Position numbers and translations under genes: made by a program. Below the pieces are notes generated by a model. The model was not told where the DNA came from and did no database searches. It saw nothing but the letters and a program-made list of their open reading frames with translations. Shown here piece after piece: positions 10,723 through 22,126 of a stretch of DNA of 64,000 bases (position 1 is its first letter; each line of letters opens with the position of its first letter). This stretch comes from Gammaproteobacteria bacterium (GTDB lineage Bacteria; Pseudomonadota; Gammaproteobacteria; G965277405): contig OZ255726.1 in NCBI GenBank assembly GCA_965277405.1, positions 224,001 through 288,000 of the forward strand, in the 5' to 3' direction.

Positions 10723-11943
10723 ATGGCTGACACAACATCAGGGAACACACCAAAAAAACCTAGCAACACCCAGCAAACAACAACTACCTCTCCATCGTCA
10801 ACATCACAGCCAGTAGCTGCAAATTCATTAGACGCTGGCAAACCTAAGGCAACAACTAAAGTAACGAAAACGCGGCAAACCAGGGCACAGCCAGTAAAGC
10901 CTGCAACAGATACCGCAGCAACGCATAGCTATAGTGATAAAGCCAGTGCATCATTTGGTCAATCATCATCAGTAGCTGAAAATCTGAGCACCAGTAAGGA
11001 CGAGGTATACGCCACTGTCATGCGCGAAATGATTGCCGAGCAACGCGCACGTCGCCGCTGGGGGCTGGCGTTTAAGTCTGTTACAGTATTGTTGTTTGTC
11101 GGTTTCATTTACGCTATTGCCAGTATAGATGTTCCAGATGCACTCGGTTTCAGTAGTCATCAATCATGGTCTGCTCTTGGCGACCAGCCGTTTATTGCGG
11201 CTGTTGAAGTCAAGGGTGTTATCGATGAGCAGCGGCAAGCCAATGCCAAAGATCTTATTGATAATGTACGCGCAGCTTTTGCGGATCAAAACTCAAAAGG
11301 TGTGTTGCTGGATATCAATAGCCCAGGCGGCTCGCCAGTACAAGCAAGCCAAGTCTACAATGCGCTCCGCGAAATCCGCAAACAACATCCCAACAAACCG
11401 TTGTACGCAGTTATCAGCGACGTTGGGGCTTCTGGCGCGTATTACATTGCCGCTGCAGCAGATAAAATCTATGCCAGCCGTAGCAGTATTGTTGGTTCAA
11501 TTGGAGTCATCGCCAGTGGCTTTGGTTTTGATAAGCTAATAGCAGACTTTGGTATCCAGCGCCGCATATATACAGCTGGAAATAACAAAATGTTTACTGA
11601 TTCGTTTCTGCCTGAATCGATGGAGAATGTCGCCTATTTGCAATCAATGCTCGACGATATTCATCAAGTCTTCATACAGTCTGTGCTTGCTACCAGACAA
11701 GAAAAAATTAAAAATCAAGAAACTGTGTTTTCAGGGCTGCCGTTTTCTGGAGTGCGTGGTATGCAGCTTGGCTTGATAGATGGCTATGGCTCAATGGAGG
11801 AAGTGGCACAGCAACAATTTGGCATCGACAACATCGTGTATTTCCAACAAGACACAAGCAACTTTGAACACATTCTAAATTATATTGGTGAGGCAAGTTA
11901 TCGTGCGATTTCCAACGCCATCTCACAACCAGTTATCCGCTAA
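10723..11943 (+). CDS. sppA: S49 family signal peptide peptidase with Thr/Ser/Pro-rich N-terminal extension
   Basis: DINSPGGSPVQ, GASGAYYIA, SIVGSIGV; TM segment after RRRWG. Confidence 0.88.
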   Translation: MADTTSGNTPKKPSNTQQTTTTSPSSTSQPVAANSLDAGKPKATTKVTKTRQTRAQPVKPATDTAATHSYSDKASASFGQSSSVAENLSTSKDEVYATVMREMIAEQRARRRWGLAFKSVTVLLFVGFIYAIASIDVPDALGFSSHQSWSALGDQPFIAAVEVKGVIDEQRQANAKDLIDNVRAAFADQNSKGVLLDINSPGGSPVQASQVYNALREIRKQHPNKPLYAVISDVGASGAYYIAAAADKIYASRSSIVGSIGVIASGFGFDKLIADFGIQRRIYTAGNNKMFTDSFLPESMENVAYLQSMLDDIHQVFIQSVLATRQEKIKNQETVFSGLPFSGVRGMQLGLIDGYGSMEEVAQQQFGIDNIVYFQQDTSNFEHILNYIGEASYRAISNAISQPVIR

Positions 11944-12011
11944 TAACGATTACCCCTCGGCGCATTCAACCCATGCTAGTAGAACATCAATAACCAATTG
12001 CCTAAAGCTGT

Positions 12012-12719
12012 ATGGCAAACTATCAGATTGCGGCACTGTGCACCGACACCACCACAAATGAGCAGCTTCATCAGGCTGTCATAGCTGGGGTGCGCTACGG
12101 CGAACTTCGAATTGACCTTTGCCAAAATGTAAGCATCGATTTGCTGCAAACGCAAATACAGCGGCTGCAGAGCTGCGGACTCCAGGTCATCGCAACCACA
12201 CGCACAACTGGAGATGGTGGCCGCTTTACTGTCGCTGATAATTTGGAGCATTATTGTGCAATCATTCGATCAAGTGGCAGAACAGCAGAGCTTGTCGATA
12301 TTGAATACAATGTGTTTACCAAAAACCAAACTGGGTTACGACAACTCATCAGTGCAGTAGCCGGTGATACAACGCAATGTATTATTTCCTACCATGACTT
12401 CACCCAAACGCCTAAGCTTGCAGCATTACGAGCGATTTGTGCGCAAGCATGCGCCGCTGGCGCTGACATTATTAAAATTGCCACAATGCCGCACTGTCAA
12501 GCAGATTTAATTACCCTCACCACGCTGCTAATCCAAGCACAGCAGCCAATCATTGTGATTGCTTTGGGTAATCTTGGTAAATTCACCAGGGTAACCTTCC
12601 CGTTATTAGGTTCGCAAATCACCTTTGGCTACATTGACCAGCAATACCAAGTGTCTGGGCAGTTTTCAGCCAAACAACTGGTGAAATATTTGCATGATTT
12701 TTCTTCTACCGAACAGTAA
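12012..12719 (+). CDS. aroD: Type I 3-dehydroquinate dehydratase
   Basis: ELRID, ATTRTTGDGG, VDIE, ISYHDF..TP, ADIIKIA. Confidence 0.85.
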   Translation: MANYQIAALCTDTTTNEQLHQAVIAGVRYGELRIDLCQNVSIDLLQTQIQRLQSCGLQVIATTRTTGDGGRFTVADNLEHYCAIIRSSGRTAELVDIEYNVFTKNQTGLRQLISAVAGDTTQCIISYHDFTQTPKLAALRAICAQACAAGADIIKIATMPHCQADLITLTTLLIQAQQPIIVIALGNLGKFTRVTFPLLGSQITFGYIDQQYQVSGQFSAKQLVKYLHDFSSTEQ

Positions 12720-12866
12720 AAATACCATGATTGCCGAGGTTCTATGTTTTATGGGCTGCGTAGTTGCTTTAAATGATAAAATATAACTCAATTTATTTGA
12801 AAACAGTGTTTATGAATGGTTTTAAACAGACTAAAGAATTATTACATTATAAGCTACGTTTAAGAC

Positions 12867-13874
<1,008 letters not shown>

Positions 13875-13895
13875 CTATATTCAGATTATTACTAG

Positions 13896-14468
13896 TTACT
13901 TCTTGTCGCTTGGCAAAAATTCACCAACATCATTTTTCCTTGCAGATAAATCTGTTTGGTATTTCACTAATTTGGCACCGTCTGTGCGTGCTAACACAAT
14001 ACGGTCGTTAAAAATCCGATCAATGTAAATAGTATCAGACACATAGTCGCCTTCATAATACAGTTCTAATTCATTGCCTGTATGCTTGAGATAGGCAATT
14101 TTCAAGCCATCTTGAGAAAGCATACTGCCGTGAAATTCAGCGTTAAACTTAAAAGTTGGCTGCTGCTGCCTAGCAGCTGTTGTAGAAGTAGATGTAGATG
14201 AATCTATAGAGCTCAAATTATAAGCTCGCTCAGTGTTGTTGGTGGAGTATTGTTGGAAGGCGACTGTTTCGATATGTGAACCTGGCGCTGTAGTAATTTG
14301 CAATGGTGCAACTGAGTTGATATCCTCCCGTCCTGCATTTCTACCAATAGATATAAATTGGTAGACCACCACAGCTGTTGCCAGAACTGATGCAAATGAA
14401 AGAAACAAGGTAAAGTGTTTGCCTGTTGACTGGACTGCCATCATGATTGAGGGGTAAGATTGATTCAT
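13896..14468 (-). CDS. Putative type II secretion protein C-like (TM + HR domain, no PDZ)
   Basis: N-terminal TM, Ser/Thr linker, YYEGDYV...IDRIFNDRIVL resembling the GspC HR domain; last gene of the gsp run. Confidence 0.55.
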   Translation of the reverse strand: MNQSYPSIMMAVQSTGKHFTLFLSFASVLATAVVVYQFISIGRNAGREDINSVAPLQITTAPGSHIETVAFQQYSTNNTERAYNLSSIDSSTSTSTTAARQQQPTFKFNAEFHGSMLSQDGLKIAYLKHTGNELELYYEGDYVSDTIYIDRIFNDRIVLARTDGAKLVKYQTDLSARKNDVGEFLPSDKK

Positions 14469-14537
14469 AACACCCGTATATTATTTACTTTTGTTTGCAC
14501 TAGGGCTTCTTTAATATTTTCGTAGTATACATTTTTT

Positions 14538-15296
14538 TTAAAAAATTTGTAAATTTTGCTGCAATAAAAACCTGTTTGAATTAGCTGTATCTTGTCGCGA
14601 AAAAATTTTAAGTATATCTGCTATTTCTTTTTTCTGGGTTTCAAATATTATCAGCATGCTCGCCATCCCTGCTGCATCAATTTGACCTCCCCCACTGATT
14701 ACTAAATTATCACTCTGATTACTAATATCAAAATGCAATTCCTCATCGACTTCGTTCAAATTCACGGTAACAGCGCCTATGTCTTTGATGCCCATTATCT
14801 CTATTGGCGTTGTCTTAATAACGCCATCCCAGTAAGTAATACGCCTGCTGTTCATATCAAAAAACAAAGCGTCTAACGTGGCAGAAATTGTTGCTTCAGA
14901 TATATTAATAAACGAAAACTCTGATGCGAATGAAAGAATACGACTCGCCGAAGCTTCTGCTTGTATTTGAAATAACTGTATTGTGCCACTGCCAACAAAT
15001 GGATTTACCACAAGCCGTACCGGCACTCCTTGATACGATGTTAGCAAACAAATCCCTAACCACTGCCGCCAAGATATAGGGCATATCTTCCATTGAACGA
15101 TGGAGTTATCAAAAACAGGGGTATAGGTAACGCTCGCCCTACCGTTGGCAATACTACCTGACACATTGTGTATTGGTAATTCACTGTTAATATTTTGCTC
15201 AACGACACTCAATGCTAATGATGCAGGCATTTGCCAGATAAGAAAAACAGCAGTGCCTAACAGAAATAACACAACAAACAGCACTATGCGAATCAT
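14538..15296 (-). CDS. gspN: Type II secretion protein N
   Basis: N-terminal TM followed by MPAS, then VSGSIANG; position after gspM. Confidence 0.7.
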   Translation of the reverse strand: MIRIVLFVVLFLLGTAVFLIWQMPASLALSVVEQNINSELPIHNVSGSIANGRASVTYTPVFDNSIVQWKICPISWRQWLGICLLTSYQGVPVRLVVNPFVGSGTIQLFQIQAEASASRILSFASEFSFINISEATISATLDALFFDMNSRRITYWDGVIKTTPIEIMGIKDIGAVTVNLNEVDEELHFDISNQSDNLVISGGGQIDAAGMASMLIIFETQKKEIADILKIFSRQDTANSNRFLLQQNLQIF

Positions 15297-15796
15297 CGTT
15301 GTAGTTGCGCAGAAAAGCGCATATTGCGCTTGTCACGTTGCAGTGAAAATGACATTACATTCCCGCCTTTTTGAGTAAAGTCACTCAGCATTCTTGAGAA
15401 CTGTTCCGCTTTGGTTGTTTGACCTGAAATAATTATAAAGCCACCATCTTGTACTGCTAGCGTTGCTTGAATTGTATATTGTTGTAACAACTGTTGCAAC
15501 TCTGCTGCAAAATCATCTGCGCCTGCAGCAAATACCCCTGCACCTGCAATCTTCATTTTTTGGATTTCTGTAACTATGCGTTTCAGGGTCTCTATTTGCA
15601 GCAGTTTAAGGTTATAATCCTGGTTAAAATTATTCACATCGTTGCTAATTTTTTGTCCTCCAAGATACAATGCAGCTGCAAACACAACAGTCACAATTGT
15701 TATTATTGACAAGTGCTCGCGATCTGAAAGTTTATTTACCAAAACTGAAAGGCTAGCAATCATGTGAATGCTCCATGAAAAAAAAACTGAGGACAT
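15293..15796 (-). CDS. gspM: Type II secretion protein M (true start probably near 15763)
   Basis: LSDRE + TM + coiled coil; position after gspL. Confidence 0.65.
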   Translation of the reverse strand: MSSVFFSWSIHMIASLSVLVNKLSDREHLSIITIVTVVFAAALYLGGQKISNDVNNFNQDYNLKLLQIETLKRIVTEIQKMKIAGAGVFAAGADDFAAELQQLLQQYTIQATLAVQDGGFIIISGQTTKAEQFSRMLSDFTQKGGNVMSFSLQRDKRNMRFSAQLQR

Positions 15797-15833
15797 GCAT
15801 GTGTCGCAACATCTGGGTGTATAGCAACATTAT

Positions 15834-16141
15834 GGAGTCTCTGATTAACTCGCTGATGGCGCGAGTTTGCTTGCAATTGCTGATGATTGCAAGGCGCAAA
15901 CCTCGCGCAAACCGCAGCGCGCATGCCGTAGCATATACGCCAATCGATGCAACACAACAAGCGTCAGTAATTGCCGCAAACCATAAGTATATTGACAAAG
16001 GACGGGCAAAAACGCTGCGCTAACGTCGTTGCAGCACTTGGTAATACCCGCAAGACCCACCAGTGTTAGCTGCGCACTGCGTCTAGTTATCATCAGCGTT
16101 TTTGCTCCGTCTCGCCCATCATGGAATGAATCAAAGCTTCC
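15834..16141 (-). mobile_element. MITE copy inserted at the gspL stop codon
   Basis: TIRs GGAGTCTCTGATTAAC...AATCAAAGCTTCC; adjacent TTA (16142-16144) is the gspL TAA. Confidence 0.9.
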
Positions 16142-17278
16142 TTAGGTGTTACCACCAATGCTGCTGTGTATTTTATACCGATAACGCTTACCACCGCTAA
16201 CCACATCAACACTCGTCTTACTGTTGCTGAGCAAATTTGGGATGCTGGCAAGATTCGCATCAAGTTGATCTAGTTTTTGATAACTGTAAAACTCTACCGT
16301 CAATGCACTTCCTTGAGAAACTACCGAAGTGAACACGCAATGGCCGCAACTTGCCAGCAATGGAGAGAGTAATTCAAGTACGCGCCACGCGGACGTATTC
16401 CGCTGTCGAGCATCAATAACCAGCGTATTATAGTATGCGGTTAAAAAATCCACTGGCCTAGATAATTGTATCTGATTATTTGGCAATGCCGCTTGTGTGA
16501 GCGCAGCCAACTGAGCAGTCGCTTGTATTAATTGTCTATCCTGCTCTTGTAATGTATAAAAATGATTGGTAGCGATTAACACCACAATGCACAGTGCAAC
16601 AACTGCCGCAGGCAGACCAGCGCTAATAACTTTTGCAAGCTGGGTCTGCACTTGATATGAACCTTGCAGCAGGTTAATAAATGCAGCCGGCAACTCGTTT
16701 GTCTCCCAAAAATACTCTGGGCCGCAGCAGTCTTCTATTACATAGTCCTGCCAGTTTTTGGGGACTTTCGTTAACGGTGTTACATACAACACCATGCCCC
16801 AATCTTGACTAAGAAACCGATTATTCAACAATTCCCAAAGCCAACTAGTATTCCCTGCAATCCCATGATATTCGCCATAGCGCAACACAAAGCGCTCACC
16901 TTCAAGAAACACTGTGACCGTTCCATCAACCAACGGCAATGCAAAAAAATCGGGCACACACCATTTGGCGACCGCACCTGCTTCGGCTAACATCCGCATC
17001 CAATAATCGAGTTTGACCTTATCTATGGCAATAACAGGCAGCGGTGTCTCTTTGTCAGTTTTTGTATAGGCAAAATGAAGATCATCAATCTCAGTCAACA
17101 ACTGCTCCTCCAATGCAAACGGCAGTGCTTGTTTAATGACTTGGTCACGCCGCGAAGGAATGTTAGCCTCACTGACAACCATATACTCGCTCGGCAGCCA
17201 GCACCACAGCGCATCGCCAAACTCGCTAGTATTAAAATACTCTATGGTGTTTGTATGGGTAATACGAATACTTTCCAT
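16142..17278 (-). CDS. gspL: Type II secretion protein L
   Basis: ALPFALEEQL..IDDLHFA, PDFFALP, INLLQG. Confidence 0.88.
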   Translation of the reverse strand: MESIRITHTNTIEYFNTSEFGDALWCWLPSEYMVVSEANIPSRRDQVIKQALPFALEEQLLTEIDDLHFAYTKTDKETPLPVIAIDKVKLDYWMRMLAEAGAVAKWCVPDFFALPLVDGTVTVFLEGERFVLRYGEYHGIAGNTSWLWELLNNRFLSQDWGMVLYVTPLTKVPKNWQDYVIEDCCGPEYFWETNELPAAFINLLQGSYQVQTQLAKVISAGLPAAVVALCIVVLIATNHFYTLQEQDRQLIQATAQLAALTQAALPNNQIQLSRPVDFLTAYYNTLVIDARQRNTSAWRVLELLSPLLASCGHCVFTSVVSQGSALTVEFYSYQKLDQLDANLASIPNLLSNSKTSVDVVSGGKRYRYKIHSSIGGNT

Positions 17279-17280
17279 TG

Positions 17281-18351
17281 TTAGGCTGGGATAATTCTTC
17301 GAGAAATAACATTGGTAACGCCATCTTCAAGGCGCTGCAATGTTGAATATGCGGTGTATTCTATCTCGCCAAATTTTACGTGCGAACGCATCATAAAAAA
17401 ATAACTCCTTACAGAAACATATTTGCTGTCAATAAGCGTTTTCCAGGAGACCGCAATAGCTTTTGTAGTGTCTGCTGGATCAGGTCTAGTTACAGGTTTT
17501 ACAGAATCAATAAATTGAAAAAAGGCATCTAATGAAACAAATGGTGTCTGCACTCGCTGCGCATCAATGCTATTGACAACATCCTTAGAGTATTCTTTTT
17601 TATCACTAAGCATTGCCAGTACTTTTATATCAGCAGTATTTACATTGATTGGAATATCCGCTATTGGAATTGCCGATAGATAATCTAATACTGGCGGCCT
17701 TGCTTCTTCTAACAATATTTCATCAAATCCTTGGATTAAGTTAAGTTCATCAAGTGAAGCAATCAATGTGTTCGGCGGCACATAGTTAATACTTCCTTGC
17801 CTAGGGTTTGTATATGCCTCATCTTCGCCGCCAGCAAGTCGGGCTACGGCGTCATTATCCAACCAGTCGCTGAGCGAATCTACCATGATAACTGCCTGCC
17901 TTTCTTCAATACCATCTTCGCCACTTAACAACTCCAAAAATTTAGTATGCCACCTGCTGTTTAAATTGACATCTTGCTGTCCTGCATTGAGCTCCTCTTC
18001 TGTTGGGATACGCCGCAAATTATTGAGATTAAACCGACCACCAAGGTCGATGATTTCTGCAGATAACTGTCCCCCGTCATACACCTCGTCAACCTTATTT
18101 GTCCACAGTTCAGTGTCGCTATAAAAGTCTGCCTCACTCATTGCCGCATCTTGTTCAAGCACTGACTTAGCATACGATTCAAGCGCATACACATACATCA
18201 GTGCGCGCTCATTATTTACAATGATTTGCGCACGCCGAATATCAATATACAACTGCGAAACAACCTCTGTAGTAATAGCAACAATCAACGCGATTAACCC
18301 CAACACAGTAATGATCGCCACTCCTTGCTGGCGAGCAGGGAAATACATCAT
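17281..18351 (-). CDS. gspK: Type II secretion minor pseudopilin K
   Basis: QQGVAIITVL prepilin site, DLGGRFNLNNL, DWLDND, INVNTA. Confidence 0.9.
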   Translation of the reverse strand: MMYFPARQQGVAIITVLGLIALIVAITTEVVSQLYIDIRRAQIIVNNERALMYVYALESYAKSVLEQDAAMSEADFYSDTELWTNKVDEVYDGGQLSAEIIDLGGRFNLNNLRRIPTEEELNAGQQDVNLNSRWHTKFLELLSGEDGIEERQAVIMVDSLSDWLDNDAVARLAGGEDEAYTNPRQGSINYVPPNTLIASLDELNLIQGFDEILLEEARPPVLDYLSAIPIADIPINVNTADIKVLAMLSDKKEYSKDVVNSIDAQRVQTPFVSLDAFFQFIDSVKPVTRPDPADTTKAIAVSWKTLIDSKYVSVRSYFFMMRSHVKFGEIEYTAYSTLQRLEDGVTNVISRRIIPA

Positions 18352-19019
18352 TGTGTTCCTTCTGGTTGTAGCGTATTTCTTGCTAACGGCTGCAGCGGCG
18401 ATACTGCATAAATTTTTCGTTCTATCTTGCCAATTCCTTTAATATTCAACTCCCATAGCACACCATAAGGTAATTTGTTACCAGTAAAAGTTGGTTGTTG
18501 CGATTGTTCCAAATTATCACTGGAGATATCTTTTGCAGCTACTCCAAACGGCTTAACGCTAGCTGCAATAACGTTGTTGAGAATTGCCACTTCCACAACT
18601 TTAGCACCACGAATATTATCAGCCGCAGGCCATGTATAGCGATACAGTGTTTTCTTCGACAAACTATAGCCGACACGCTGGTAAGGAAAACTCAACCCTA
18701 GCCCCAGATCAGCAACACCAAATCGAGTAAATTCGACCAAACTACCACCGCCTAATTTGAATGCAGCGACTGACTGACCAAAAGTATTGCGCACCATACG
18801 TGGGGCTAATTGGCTAAAATCATTCGTCAACACAGTTAGCGCCGTATACAGCTCCATTTGTTTGCTATACACATCGGCTGTTGTAGTTTTCACCGCTAAT
18901 GCTTGTTGTACCCCAATGTTGGCGGCAACAGCAATCACCATGAAAATAGCAGTTGCCACCAGCACTTCAACCAGGGTAAATCCTTGGTTATTTGAATGTT
19001 GCGCTACATGAGCGACCAT
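18348..19019 (-). CDS. gspJ: Type II secretion minor pseudopilin J
   Basis: GFTLVEVLVA N-methylation motif; DFSQLAPR, RVGYSL...LYRYTW. Confidence 0.88.
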   Translation of the reverse strand: MVAHVAQHSNNQGFTLVEVLVATAIFMVIAVAANIGVQQALAVKTTTADVYSKQMELYTALTVLTNDFSQLAPRMVRNTFGQSVAAFKLGGGSLVEFTRFGVADLGLGLSFPYQRVGYSLSKKTLYRYTWPAADNIRGAKVVEVAILNNVIAASVKPFGVAAKDISSDNLEQSQQPTFTGNKLPYGVLWELNIKGIGKIERKIYAVSPLQPLARNTLQPEGTQ

Positions 19020-19318
19020 ACATTGAATAGCTAATTGTGCAGTGAGTGTTAGCAGCGACGCAGGAATATTGTTATAATAGAGGAAGTGAATGCGCCATGT
19101 ATTGTAACAACAGCCCTAGTTGATGGAAGGAACTTCAACCAATTTTTACTGTGAACCGTCGCCCATTAAATAAGTATAAACGGCGCTTAATGAGCAATAT
19201 TGTGGGAAATGAATAATCAACACAATGTCAAAACAAATGCGCTCAACATAAACCCCACCAGAGGTTTTTTAGCTTTTGCTACAATCAATTTATTGCAGAT
19301 AACAACTAAATTACGTAG

Positions 19319-19711
19319 GGAAGCTCTGATTAAGTCGCTGATGGAGCGAGTTTGCCTGCAATTGCTGATGATTGCAAGGCTCGGAAGCGCATGCCATAGC
19401 ATATACGCCAAGAGATGCAACACAGCAAGCGTAAGCAATTGCCGCAAACCCAAAGTATAGTTCAATTGAGGGACGGAAAAAAAACGGTGCTAACCGCTAA
19501 GCGCATGCTGTAGCATATACGCCAAGGGATGCAACACAGCAAGTACCGCTACCATCAAACCGTTGTATATTCAACAGAAGGACGGGAAAAAACGCTGCGC
19601 TAACGTCGTTGCAGCACTTAATAATACCACCAGTATTATCTGCGCACTGCGTCTAGTTATCATCAGCGTTTTTTCTCCGTCTCGCCCATCATGGACTTAA
19701 TCAGAGGTTCC
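19319..19711 (-). mobile_element. Elongated MITE copy (393 bp, internal duplication)
   Basis: Both TIRs; the GCATG...GCAACACAGCAAG...GGACGG-AAAAAACG block occurs twice. Confidence 0.9.
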
Positions 19712-20035
19712 CTAAGTTGCATCAGCGTTGTTCTCCGTCGCGCCCATCATGGAATTAATCAGAACTTCCTTACTTGCTAGCGCCTTAATCTTACCGTTTA
19801 AACGTGATTTATGCCGAGCAACTTTTTTCGCACTGAAAATACCCTTCGTCGCCAATTTATCCAGCGCAACTTGCATGCTTTTGAAGAAATTGCTCGCCAA
19901 TTCATAGTCATTCTTTGCAATCGCATGAATGACTTTTTTAATATGTGTCCGCCCGTCCGTGCGTAATCTTTGATTGTTCAGCCGATTCCGCTCTTGGGTT
20001 CGGATTCGTTTGCGTGAGCCTGCACTATTCGCCAT
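19712..20035 (-). CDS. rpsT: 30S ribosomal protein S20 with MITE-derived C-terminal tail
   Basis: MANSAGSRKRIRTQERNR...KVARHKSRL; last 18 aa encoded by a MITE end (19712-19769). Confidence 0.92.
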   Translation of the reverse strand: MANSAGSRKRIRTQERNRLNNQRLRTDGRTHIKKVIHAIAKNDYELASNFFKSMQVALDKLATKGIFSAKKVARHKSRLNGKIKALASKEVLINSMMGATENNADAT

Positions 20036-20579
20036 CTTCTTCTACCTCAGTTTGCTGTTCATCTATATCAATTTGTTCACTAACCAACTCTGCTGCCACG
20101 CTCTCTTCTGTAGCAGCAACAAGATTAGGAAAATTCTCTGAAGTAACCGAAATAGCAACATGCATTTCTACCTCACCATTTAGACGCAAGACAACTCTAT
20201 GCATGCCAATCTGGCGAATCGGACCATCATCAAACACCGCCTCATGGCGGTCAACATCCACTCCTGCGCTGGTAATAATTTCAGCAATTTCTCGCGCACC
20301 AATTGAACCAAACAACTTGCCTTCTTCAGTCGTTTTCACAGTTGCGGCGAGTGTCAGTTTGCCAATTTTTTCTGCGCGTGTTGCCGTCAGCGCTTGGCGT
20401 GCCAGCATTTTTTGTTCAAGCTCACTGCGCCGGAGCTCAAAAACATCACGATTGCCCTTAGTTGCAGGCAACGCCCTGCCTTTTGGTATCAAATAATTAC
20501 GACCGTATCCTGCTTTTACAGATATTACATCGCCGAGCTCACCTAAATTCATCACGTCTTCTAATAAGATAACTTGCAC
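20025..20579 (-). CDS. rplI: 50S ribosomal protein L9
   Basis: MQVILLEDV.NLG.LGD...VKAGYGRNYLIP; GKLFGSI. Confidence 0.97.
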   Translation of the reverse strand: MQVILLEDVMNLGELGDVISVKAGYGRNYLIPKGRALPATKGNRDVFELRRSELEQKMLARQALTATRAEKIGKLTLAATVKTTEEGKLFGSIGAREIAEIITSAGVDVDRHEAVFDDGPIRQIGMHRVVLRLNGEVEMHVAISVTSENFPNLVAATEESVAAELVSEQIDIDEQQTEVEEDGE

Positions 20580-20587
20580 GATACCAC

Positions 20588-20833
20588 CTATTTTTTATGT
20601 TGATCGCAATATGGCAAAATCGCCATATACCGAGCGCGGCGGATTGCTGTAGCAACCTGACGCTGATAATTCGCATTCGTGCCAGTAATCCTACTTGGGA
20701 TAATTTTACCAGTTTCAGTTACCAACTCTTTCATCGCAACTAAATCTTTATAATCAACAAACTCAGTTCTAGCACGCGTAAAACGGCAATAATTCTGCTT
20801 GCGGAAAAAGCGTGAATATCTTCTTGTAATCAT
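20588..20833 (-). CDS. rpsR: 30S ribosomal protein S18
   Basis: [31 protein letters not shown]. Confidence 0.96.
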   Translation of the reverse strand: MITRRYSRFFRKQNYCRFTRARTEFVDYKDLVAMKELVTETGKIIPSRITGTNANYQRQVATAIRRARYMAILPYCDQHKK

Positions 20834-21246
20834 GACGCGTCCTCCGTAGTCGTTGTATCAGCGGCTGCAGCTGCAACAGTACCAGCTTGTTGCGCCAGTA
20901 CTTCTTCCAATCTGCCGTCCTCAGTCAAAACTTCTTTATAAATTGGCGACATTTCAGTACGTGCCACTTTTTCTCTAAATAACAAAAAACGCAGAATCGC
21001 ATCATTAAAACGGAAGTTTTCTTGAATTTTCTCAATAACTACCTTGGTACACTCAATATTCATCAACACATAATGCGCCTTATGCACTTTATTAATTGAG
21101 AATGTTAACTGGCGCCGTCCCCAGTTTTCTTGGCGATGAATGGTTCCTTGTTCTTCCTCAACCATCGTGCGAAAGCGGTCGATCATCGACGCCACTTGAT
21201 CACTTTGATCAGGATGAACCATAAACAAAATTTCATAATGGAACAT
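20830..21246 (-). CDS. rpsF: 30S ribosomal protein S6
   Basis: [32 protein letters not shown]; start moved to ATG at 21246. Confidence 0.95.
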   Translation of the reverse strand: MFHYEILFMVHPDQSDQVASMIDRFRTMVEEEQGTIHRQENWGRRQLTFSINKVHKAHYVLMNIECTKVVIEKIQENFRFNDAILRFLLFREKVARTEMSPIYKEVLTEDGRLEEVLAQQAGTVAAAAADTTTTEDAS

Positions 21247-21445
21247 AGTATCCTCTTTTGGACAATTAGGCCACAATTAAGCAGCAAGAGAGCGCGGCAT
21301 TGTAGGCATCAACTCAATCAATACAACAAAAATCTCAACGTTTTACCAACAATAAAGCTCGCATCATTAAAATAGCCGCATTTCGCTTATTGTATCCAAA
21401 ACCACTTCACATTCCAGCATCAAACAACTAGACTATAACCGCAAT

Positions 21446-21800
21446 GGGGGCGTCACGGCTTCGACGTTTACGACCACCTCTAGCGTGCATGCCGAGAGCA
21501 TCGTTGATCTCGTTAATCCCCGACGGTAAACAACTTAATTGCAGACGAAGAAAATTTCGCCTTAGCTGCCTAATAAACCAGCTACTTCGACCACCGCCAG
21601 CCTACGGGCTGTGACTCGAAGGTAACCCAGTAGGATCGCATGACGGTGTGCCTCACACCTGATTGTTAAAACCCTAGAGGATCGCTGTTGGTATTCCTGC
21701 TACTCGGTACCCCAACAGCTAAAACAATAGAGTTGCTAAGCATGTAGATCGTTACAGCTAATCTAAGCGGACGCGGGTTCAACTCCCGCCGCCTCCACCA
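21446..21800 (+). ncRNA. ssrA: tmRNA; tag peptide ADEENFALAA at 21541-21573
   Basis: 5' GGGGGCG..GGCTTCGAC pairs with 3' CGCCTCC-ACCA (G3:U); T-arm GCGGGTTCAACTCCCGC; tag ends LAA followed by TAATAA. Confidence 0.96.
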
Positions 21801-21810
21801 CCAACACCTA

Positions 21811-21839
21811 AAGGTCGACGTTCTCTATCGGCCTTTTTT
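21811..21839 (+). terminator. Probable terminator after ssrA
   Basis: AGGTCGA...TCGGCCT stem followed by T run. Confidence 0.55.
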
Positions 21840-21861
21840 ATTGCCTACTCCTGCGGGTGCT

Positions 21862-21905
21862 TATGGGGTAATGACGATTCTTATAGACTTCGTTGTTGAG
21901 CCTAA
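21862..21905 (+). repeat. 44-bp direct repeat, left copy
   Basis: TATGGGGTAATGACGATTCTTATAGACTTCGTTGTTGAGCCTAA, repeated at 28103-28147. Confidence 0.92.
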
Positions 21906-22126
21906 TCGGTAGTATTTCACTCTAAAAACACTCTCTAACCCAGATATTCTCTGCACCCATCTACCACCCCTATCCCGAAGTCCATTAAAGATAAAATAAA
22001 AAGTGCTTTTAAATCAAAAGCTATTAGTTGTTGATTGATTATTAAGAATATTTTTTCACAGTAGCTGTAGTGTTCCAGCAGTCGTTTAAAACTCAAGGTG
22101 GCACACTCATCTGGTATCTTGTTAAA

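Noticed and set aside
19020-19318. Possible gspI remnant upstream of gspJ
   Set aside because: No prepilin motif was seen on the minus strand.
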